Positions 57,241-64,000 of a stretch of DNA of 64,000 nt are shown here, piece by piece (position 1 is the stretch's first letter; the number at the start of each line of letters is the position of its first letter). Made by a program: the position numbers and the translations under genes. Under the pieces are notes generated by a model. It saw only the letters and a list, made by a program, of their open reading frames with translations, was not told the origin of the DNA and ran no database searches. Origin of the DNA: an uncultured Sphingomonas sp. (GTDB lineage: Bacteria; Pseudomonadota; Alphaproteobacteria; Sphingomonadales; Sphingomonadaceae); contig CAJYLQ010000048.1 of the NCBI GenBank assembly GCA_913775975.1, positions 1,292 to 65,291 of the forward strand, in the 5' to 3' direction.

Positions 57241-59639
57241 CCCCGCGCGCCACCTATCGCCTGCAGATGCATGAAGGCTTCACCTTCGCCGATGCGACGG
57301 CGATCGTCCCCTATCTGGCGGATCTGGGGATCAGCCATGCCTATCTGTCGCCGATCACGGTGGCGGTGAAGGGCTCCACCCACGGCTATGACGTGGTGGA
57401 CCCGACGCGGATCAGCCCGGAGCTGGGCGGCGAGCAGGCGTTCCGCGACCTCGTCGCGGCGCTGCGCGCACACGACATGGGCGTCGTCATCGATATCGTG
57501 CCCAACCACATGGGCGTCGCAAATGGCGAGAACGCGTGGTGGAACGATGTGCTCGCCAAAGGGCAGGCGAGCGAGTTCGCGGGCGTGTTCGATATCGATT
57601 ATTCGAAGGACATCGTGCTGCCGGTGCTGGGCGATCCGCTGCCCAAGGCGCTGGCGGACGGGGCGATCGCGGTCGAGGGCGATGCGATCGTCGCCTATGG
57701 CGAGCATCGCTTTCCGCTGCGGCCCGAGGATCGCGGCATCGGCGCGGTCGAGGGGGAGGTGCTGGCGGCGCTGCTCGACCGGCAGCATTATCGGCTGGCC
57801 TGGTGGCGGACGGCGGACGACGAACTGAACTGGCGCCGTTTTTTCACCGTCAACGAACTGGCGGGCGTGCGCGTCGGGCAGGAGCCGGTGTTCGAGCGGA
57901 CGCACGCGCTCTATTTCCGGCTGTGGCAGGAGGGGCTGATCGACGGCGTGCGCATCGACCATGTCGACGGACTGACCGACCCGGCCGGCTATTGCCGCCG
58001 CCTGCGCGCACGGTTCGAAAGCCTGCCGCGCGAGGACGGCGTCGCCGCGATCATCTGGATCGAGAAGATCCTGGGCGCGGGCGAGCCGCTGGCGACCGAC
58101 TGGGGCGTCGACGGCACCAGCGGCTACGACTTCATGGAAGAGGTGGCGGCGCTGCTCCACGATCCGGCGGGCGAGGCGCCGCTGGGCGAGGCTTGGGCGG
58201 CGCTGTCCGGCCGCCCGGCGGACTTCGCGGCGGAGGAATTGCAGGCGCGGCAGGATGTGCTGGCCTGGCAGTTCGAGGGGCAGCTGAAGGCGTGCGTGCG
58301 CGCCTTCGTCGCGCTGGCGGAAAGCGATCCCGACAATGTGCTGAACCCGGAGATGCTGCGCCGCGCGATCCAGCGGCTGCTATGGGTCTTCCCCGTCTAT
58401 CGCACCTATGGGCTGGGTGACAGCGCACCGGAGAGCGACGCCGCGATCCGCGCGAAGGCGCGCGAGCGGGTGCAGCCGCTGATCCCGCCGGGCGAGGATT
58501 TCGTGATCGACGCGGTACTGGCATGGCTGGCGGGCGAGGGGCCGGGTGATGCGGCGCTGGCGGCGGAAGCCGTGCGGCGGTTCCAGCAACTGTCGGCGCC
58601 GGTCGCGGCGAAGGGGGTGGAGGACACCGCCTTCTATCGGTTCGGTCGGCTGCTCTCACGCAACGATGTCGGCTTCGACGCGGAGCGGTTCGCGGGCACG
58701 GTCGCGGAGTTCCATGAGGCGATGGCGGCGCGGGCCGAAGACTGGCCGCGCGCGCTGCTCGCCACCGCGACGCACGATCACAAGCGCGGCGAGGACGTGC
58801 GCGCGCGCCTGGCGGTGCTGAGCGAGGTGCCGGACCGCTGGCTGGCGGCGGTGGAACGCTGGAACGGGCTGGCGGCCGACGCGCTGGAGGGCGTCGATCC
58901 GGCGGATGCGTACATGCTCTATCAGACGCTGTACGGCGCCTGGCCAGATGGGCTGGCGGTGGACGATGCCGGGGGGCTGGCCGACTTCGCGGAGCGGGTG
59001 AACGGCTGGCAGGAAAAGGCGCTGCGCGAGGGCAAGCTGCGATCGTCATGGGAGGCGCCGCAGGAAGAGTATGAGGGCCGGGTGAAGGCGGCGGTCGAGG
59101 CGTTGCTCGATCCGGCACGCTCGGCGGCGTTCCTGGCCGATCTGGAGGCGTTCCGGGATGATCTGGCGGCGCCGGGACGGGCGAACATGCTGGCGCAGGT
59201 AACGCTGCGGCTGACGGTGCCGGGGGTGCCGGACACCTATCAGGGGACGGAGTTCGCCGACCTGTCGCTGGTCGATCCCGACAATCGCCGGCCCGTCGAT
59301 TACGACGCGCGGGCGGCGGCGCTGGCGGATCGACGCGATCCGAAACAGGCGCTGATCGCGGAGATACTGGCGATGCGGCGCGCGCATCCGGCGGCGTTCG
59401 TCGAAGGCGCGTACCGGCCGCTGGCGGTCGAGGGCGCGGCGGCGGACCATGTGCTGGCCTTCACGCGCGGAGAGGGCGCGGATGCGGTGCTGGTCGCCGT
59501 GGCGCTGCGGACGGCGGCGCTGGCGGACGGCTGGGGCGACACGCGCGTGCTGGCCGATCCGCCGGTCGCGGCGGCGCGCCTGTTCGCCGATCGCACCGTC
59601 GCCGTGCGGCCGGTGGCGGAGATGGCCGTCCCCGCCTGA
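57237..59639 (+). CDS. treY: Malto-oligosyltrehalose synthase
   Basis: ATYRLQ, GSTHGYDV, DIVPNH, RIDHVDGL, THDHKRGED, SLVDPDNRRPVD. Confidence 0.95.
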   Translation: MTPRATYRLQMHEGFTFADATAIVPYLADLGISHAYLSPITVAVKGSTHGYDVVDPTRISPELGGEQAFRDLVAALRAHDMGVVIDIVPNHMGVANGENAWWNDVLAKGQASEFAGVFDIDYSKDIVLPVLGDPLPKALADGAIAVEGDAIVAYGEHRFPLRPEDRGIGAVEGEVLAALLDRQHYRLAWWRTADDELNWRRFFTVNELAGVRVGQEPVFERTHALYFRLWQEGLIDGVRIDHVDGLTDPAGYCRRLRARFESLPREDGVAAIIWIEKILGAGEPLATDWGVDGTSGYDFMEEVAALLHDPAGEAPLGEAWAALSGRPADFAAEELQARQDVLAWQFEGQLKACVRAFVALAESDPDNVLNPEMLRRAIQRLLWVFPVYRTYGLGDSAPESDAAIRAKARERVQPLIPPGEDFVIDAVLAWLAGEGPGDAALAAEAVRRFQQLSAPVAAKGVEDTAFYRFGRLLSRNDVGFDAERFAGTVAEFHEAMAARAEDWPRALLATATHDHKRGEDVRARLAVLSEVPDRWLAAVERWNGLAADALEGVDPADAYMLYQTLYGAWPDGLAVDDAGGLADFAERVNGWQEKALREGKLRSSWEAPQEEYEGRVKAAVEALLDPARSAAFLADLEAFRDDLAAPGRANMLAQVTLRLTVPGVPDTYQGTEFADLSLVDPDNRRPVDYDARAAALADRRDPKQALIAEILAMRRAHPAAFVEGAYRPLAVEGAAADHVLAFTRGEGADAVLVAVALRTAALADGWGDTRVLADPPVAAARLFADRTVAVRPVAEMAVPA

Positions 59640-59651
59640 CGCCGGCCTGCC

Positions 59652-60818
59652 TCAGGCGGGTAACGTCAGGCGGAAGGTGGTCGGGGCATCGGGCAGCAGG
59701 TCGAGCGTGCCGCCATGCGCATGGGCGATCTGCCGCGCGAGGCTGAGGCCGACGCCGGTGCCTTCCGCGCGGGTGGTGTGGAAGGGGCGGAAGATGCGAT
59801 CGCGATCCGTCGCCGCGACGCCCGCGCCGCTGTCGCGAACGTCCAGCGCCATGCCGCTTCCCTCCATGCGGGCCGACAGGGTGACGTGCGGGGCCGCGCC
59901 CTCGCTGGCGGCCTGCGCCGCGTTGTTGAGGAGCGCCCACAGCGCCTGCCCGATCTGGTCGCGGTCGAGCGGCCAGTCCGTCGGCGCGGCCCGCTCGACC
60001 GCCAGCGCGACCCCCGGCCAGCGGACCGCGAACAGGCGGGCGAGGTCGTCCAGCATCTCCGCCACCGGCACCGGCCGGCGCGTCGGCGCGGGCAGGCGGG
60101 CGAGCGCGCGATACGCCTCCGTGAAGCGTTGCAGTCCCTCCGCGCGGCGGGCGAGCGTGCCCAGGATCTCGGGCAGCAGCGTGGGATCGGTGGCGGGCAG
60201 GCTGGCGGCGACAAGGCCGCTTTCGGCGAGCGAGACGATCGGGGCGAGCCCGTTCAGCAGCTCATGGCCCAGCACCTGGATCAGCTCCGCCGTCGCGCGC
60301 GCCTCCGCCACGCGCTCCTCCTGCTCGATATCGACGAGCGCGACGACGGCGCGGTCGTGCCGCTCCGCATCGGCCAGCGTCACCCGGTCGATCCGCCAGT
60401 GCCGCCCCTCATAGGGCAGCCGCTGCTGCGCCGGATCGGCGAGTGCGGGCGGCAGCGGCAAGATACGGTCGTCGGTCGCGAACAGGTGGCGCGCGGCGCG
60501 ATTGAGCGCGCGCGCGGTGCCGCCCTCCACCCCGACGAGCGGCGTCGGCGCGGCGTCTAGCAACAAGCGCTGGACGATGGCGTCGGCGCTTTCGGCGGGC
60601 GCGGGGGTGTCGCGCGAGCCGGGGCGGGGGCGGCGGATCGCGGCGGCGTTGCGCAAGCCGATCCACAGCGCGACGAGCGCGAGGCCTGCGACGAGCCCCC
60701 ATGTCGCCGCGTGCCAGGCCAAAACGAGCCCGATCCCGCACAGCACCGGGCCGATGGCGGCGACGAGGCCCCTTATCGGCGCGATGGCGCGGGCGGTGCC
60801 CGCATCGTCAAAGGCCAT
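59652..60818 (-). CDS. Sensor histidine kinase
   Basis: HELLN H-box, NNA N-box, DSGAG, IFRPFHTT, GTGVGL; two N-terminal TM helices. Confidence 0.92.
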   Translation of the reverse strand: MAFDDAGTARAIAPIRGLVAAIGPVLCGIGLVLAWHAATWGLVAGLALVALWIGLRNAAAIRRPRPGSRDTPAPAESADAIVQRLLLDAAPTPLVGVEGGTARALNRAARHLFATDDRILPLPPALADPAQQRLPYEGRHWRIDRVTLADAERHDRAVVALVDIEQEERVAEARATAELIQVLGHELLNGLAPIVSLAESGLVAASLPATDPTLLPEILGTLARRAEGLQRFTEAYRALARLPAPTRRPVPVAEMLDDLARLFAVRWPGVALAVERAAPTDWPLDRDQIGQALWALLNNAAQAASEGAAPHVTLSARMEGSGMALDVRDSGAGVAATDRDRIFRPFHTTRAEGTGVGLSLARQIAHAHGGTLDLLPDAPTTFRLTLPA

Positions 60819-62112
60819 AGCGTGCCATCCGGCGATAGAGCGCGCCCCGGCTGAGGCCCAGCGCGGTGGCGGCATGGGTGACGTTGTGGCGATGCTGGCG
60901 CAGCGCCGCCTCGATCATCGCGCGCTCCGCATCGGACAGGTCGAAATCGCCGCCGCCGGCCTCCGCGACGGGCATGGCGGCTTGTGGGGAGAGGGCGGGC
61001 GACAGGGCGAGCGCGGCGGCGTCGATCGTGCCGTCATCGGCCAGCAGCACCGCGCGCTCGATGACGAGGGCGAGGCCGCGAACCTCGTCGGGCCAGGGGC
61101 CGGCGCGGATCGCCGCCTCCGCCGCCTCGGTCAGCCGCGCCGCGTCCCGGCCGAAGCGCGCGGCGGCGAGGCGGGCGAAGTGGCGGGCGAGCAGCACCGC
61201 GTCGTCGCCCCGCGCCGCCAGCGGCGGCACCGCGATCTCCACCGTGGCGAGCCGCCGACGCAGCGCGGGGGCGAGGCGGGCGGGATCGTCGGCGATGGCG
61301 ATGCAGCGCAGGTCCGGGGGCAGCCGATCGGCGAGCAGGCCCTGCTGCACGGGGTCGAGCGCGTCGGGATGGCGCAGGATCGCGGTGCCCGACAGGCCGG
61401 CGATCGCGGCGCGGCTGTCCGCATCGCGCAGGTCGAGCCGGGCCGGCGGCGTCGCGGCGGCCGGCGATTGCGCATGGAGCGCCAGCGCGGCCAGCGTCCG
61501 GCCGCTGCCCGGCGGGCCGGTGACGGTGACGCTGGCGACGGTTGGCCCGACGCGGCGGATCAGGTCGCGCAGCCGCACCATCGCGGCGCTGTCGCCCAGC
61601 AGGTGCGCGGGGCCGTCGATGCCGGCGGCCAGCGGTGCGGCGGGGGCGGCGGGCGCACCGCGCGCGATCGCGGCCTGCACCTTGTCCAGCAATTCCGCGT
61701 TGCGCCACGGCTTCATCGCGAAATCGCGCGCGCCCGCCTGCATCGCCGCCACCGCGATGCGGATGCCGCTATGCGCGGTCAGCACCAGGACGCAGGCGGC
61801 GGGATCGTCCGCGACGATCCGGGCGAGGCAGGCCAGCCCCTCCTCCCCGTCCGACCGGCCGGGGGAGAAGTTCATGTCGAGCAGGATCGCGTCGTAGCGC
61901 CGGGTGGCGAGGCGCGAATAGGCCTCTTCCGGCGCGGGCGCGACGTCGAGCGCGTGGCCGCCGATGCGGAAGGCGATTTCCATCGCGCGCGCCACCGCCG
62001 GATTGTCGTCGACCAGCAGGATTGACAGCGCGCCGGAGTGTCCATTTGCGGACACCCCGTCCGCCCCCGGACGGACGCCGATCGGCGTTTCTTCAGAATA
62101 TCCAGTGTTCAT
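60808..62112 (-). CDS. NtrC-like response regulator with degenerate AAA+ domain and Fis HTH
   Basis: Receiver VDD/LLDMN/KPW, GPPGSGRT, LGLSRGALYRRM; start uncertain (possibly GTG near 62055). Confidence 0.88.
   Translation of the reverse strand: MNTGYSEETPIGVRPGADGVSANGHSGALSILLVDDNPAVARAMEIAFRIGGHALDVAPAPEEAYSRLATRRYDAILLDMNFSPGRSDGEEGLACLARIVADDPAACVLVLTAHSGIRIAVAAMQAGARDFAMKPWRNAELLDKVQAAIARGAPAAPAAPLAAGIDGPAHLLGDSAAMVRLRDLIRRVGPTVASVTVTGPPGSGRTLAALALHAQSPAAATPPARLDLRDADSRAAIAGLSGTAILRHPDALDPVQQGLLADRLPPDLRCIAIADDPARLAPALRRRLATVEIAVPPLAARGDDAVLLARHFARLAAARFGRDAARLTEAAEAAIRAGPWPDEVRGLALVIERAVLLADDGTIDAAALALSPALSPQAAMPVAEAGGGDFDLSDAERAMIEAALRQHRHNVTHAATALGLSRGALYRRMARYGL
62038..62074. promoter_or_regulatory. 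Tandem palindromic operators GTCC-N6-GGAC
   Basis: GTGTCC-atttgc-GGACAC (62038-62055) and CCGTCC-gccccc-GGACGG (62057-62074) between divergent genes. Confidence 0.6.
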
Positions 62113-62154
62113 AGTGCTTTAGGCTTTCGGGCGGTGATCGGCGACACTGTGTCC

Positions 62155-63438
62155 ATGATGACCGAACAGCCCATAACCGCAACCACCCCGCCGGGCGCCG
62201 CGATGGACCGCCGGATCGAGCGCCCCGCCACTCCCTGGTGGCGTCGCCGCGCGACGATCGTCGCCGGGCTGCTGGCGGTGGCGGCGGTGCCGGCGTGGCG
62301 GATGATGCCGTCTGCCGGCTCCGTCGACATGGCGGCGGGCGACGTCGATACCGGCACCGTCACGCGGGGCGCGTTCGACGATTACATGCCCGTCCGCGCG
62401 ACCGTGGCGCCCGCCGTCACGACGCTGGTCGGCGTCCTGTCCGGCGGGCAGGTGGAAAAGCTGCTGGTGCAGGACGGCGCGATGGTGGCGGAGGGGCAGC
62501 CGCTCGCCACGCTCGCCAACCCGACGCTGAAGCTGGACGTGCTGACGCGGGAGACGCAGATCGCCAGCCAGCTGGGGCAGGTGGCTGGCGAGGATCTGGG
62601 CATCGCGCGCAACCGGCTGGACCGGTCGGGCCAGATCGCGCAGGCCAATTACGATCTCATCAAGGCGCGGCGCGACCTGTCGGTGCGCCAGCAGCTGCAC
62701 GATCAGGGCTTCCTGTCCGACGAGGGCGTGAAAAGCTATGCCGAGGAGGTCGCCTATCAGGAGAAGCGGCTGGCGCAGCTGCGCAGCGGCGGCGCGGCGG
62801 AGGCGCGGATCACCGCGACGCAGGGACAGCGGCTGGCCGACACGCAGGGCCGGCTGGCGGGCAATCTGGCGGCGGTGCGCGCGGGGCTGGACGCGCTGGT
62901 CGTCCGCGCGCCGGCGGCCGGGCGGCTGACGAACTTCACGATCCAGCCGGGGCAGGCGCTGAAGCCGGGCGATCCGGCGGGGCAGGTCGACAGCGAGGGC
63001 GCGTGGAAGCTGACCGCCGATGTCGACGAATATTATCTGGGCCGCGTCGCCGTGGGGCAGCAGGCGCGGACCGCCGACGGCGCGGCGCTGACCGTGTCGA
63101 AGGTGCTGCCCGCGGTGAAGGACGGGCGTTTCCGCGTCGAGTTGACCTTTGCCGGGCGCGCGCCAGCGGGCCTCAATCGCGGCCAGACGCTGGATATCCG
63201 CATTGTGCTGGGCGCCGCGTCTCGCGCGGTGCTGGCGCCGGTCGGCGGCTGGCTGGCGGCGGGCGGCACCTCCGCCTTCGTCCTCGATCCCGATGGCGCC
63301 CATGCGCGGCGCCGCGTCATCCGCACCGGCCGGCGCAACCCGGAGCAGGTCGAGATCCTGTCGGGTCTGAACCCCGGCGACCGCATCGTCACCAGCAACA
63401 CGTCGTCCGTGAAGGGCGACATCCTGAACATCCGATAG
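62155..63438 (+). CDS. Efflux periplasmic adaptor (HlyD/MacA-like)
   Basis: MDR.I N-terminus, TM helix, lipoyl-like GQVEK/RAPAAG, EILSGLNPGD. Confidence 0.9.
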   Translation: MMTEQPITATTPPGAAMDRRIERPATPWWRRRATIVAGLLAVAAVPAWRMMPSAGSVDMAAGDVDTGTVTRGAFDDYMPVRATVAPAVTTLVGVLSGGQVEKLLVQDGAMVAEGQPLATLANPTLKLDVLTRETQIASQLGQVAGEDLGIARNRLDRSGQIAQANYDLIKARRDLSVRQQLHDQGFLSDEGVKSYAEEVAYQEKRLAQLRSGGAAEARITATQGQRLADTQGRLAGNLAAVRAGLDALVVRAPAAGRLTNFTIQPGQALKPGDPAGQVDSEGAWKLTADVDEYYLGRVAVGQQARTADGAALTVSKVLPAVKDGRFRVELTFAGRAPAGLNRGQTLDIRIVLGAASRAVLAPVGGWLAAGGTSAFVLDPDGAHARRRVIRTGRRNPEQVEILSGLNPGDRIVTSNTSSVKGDILNIR

Positions 63439-63455
63439 AAGAAGGGGCCATAAAG

Positions 63456-64000
63456 ATGATCCGACTGGAAGGCATCCAGCGCCGCTACGTCTCCGAAGAG
63501 GTCGAGACGACCGCGCTGCACGACATCGACCTGACGGTGGAGGCGGGCGAGTTCGTCGCCATCATGGGCCCGTCGGGCTGCGGCAAGTCGACGCTGCTCA
63601 ACACGCTGGGCACGGTCGATCGCCCCACGGGCGGCCGCTACATGTTCGGGGACCGCGATCTGGCCGCGCTGGACGAGGCGGGGCTGGCGAAGTTTCGCGG
63701 TGAGACGCTGGGCTTCGTCTTCCAGAGCTTCAACCTGATCGACGAGTTGACGATCGAGGAGAATGTCGCGCTGGGCCTCGCCTATCGCAAGGACGCGGGC
63801 GACCGGCGCGCGCGCGTCGCGGCGGCGATGGACAAGGTGGGGATCGCGCACCGCGCGCGCCATTTCCCGCACCAGCTGTCGGGCGGCCAGCAGCAGCGCG
63901 CCGCGATCGCTCGCGCCATCGTCGGCGACCCCAAGCTGATCCTGGCGGACGAGCCGACCGGCAACCTGGACACCGCCAATGGCGAGCAGGTGATGAACAT
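63456..64000 (+). CDS. ABC transporter ATP-binding protein (MacB/LolD-like), runs off window
   Basis: [35 protein letters not shown]; absent from ORF track because no stop lies in the window. Confidence 0.93.
   Translation, partial: MIRLEGIQRRYVSEEVETTALHDIDLTVEAGEFVAIMGPSGCGKSTLLNTLGTVDRPTGGRYMFGDRDLAALDEAGLAKFRGETLGFVFQSFNLIDELTIEENVALGLAYRKDAGDRRARVAAAMDKVGIAHRARHFPHQLSGGQQQRAAIARAIVGDPKLILADEPTGNLDTANGEQVMN

Overview
GC-rich alphaproteobacterial chromosomal window, most consistent with Sphingomonas. It is mostly housekeeping genes: uppP, gltD-DUF2059-gltB, fzlA, csaA, pepN, ltaE, a class A PBP, zntB, cysG-like, lysA, argH, tlpA, ptrB, pheA, cycM, serC-serA-hisZ, purA, aroC, fabI and a DnaJ-like gene. 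It also carries a circularly permuted ATP-grasp/alpha-E plus transglutaminase pair, a glgX-treZ-malQ-treY glycogen/trehalose operon, and a two-component system with a MacAB-like exporter. I saw no rRNA, tRNA, CRISPR array, transposase or prophage. The strongest unexplained signal lies between hisZ and purA (about 36780-37090). It contains an unannotated 30-aa hydrophobic ORF with a good Shine-Dalgarno, a downstream near-copy of its own ribosome-binding/start region, two hairpins with identical loops, and a convergent sigma70-like promoter whose transcript would begin at that copy. This is the architecture of a type I (antisense RNA) toxin-antitoxin locus. Second, one palindromic repeat family has inserted into two protein-coding genes (in frame in cysG-like; in an SDR epimerase the element is in frame but a 41-bp tandem duplication breaks the frame). 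Two further short repeat families and several EcfG-type stress promoters are present. All product calls come from motif recognition by eye, not database searches.
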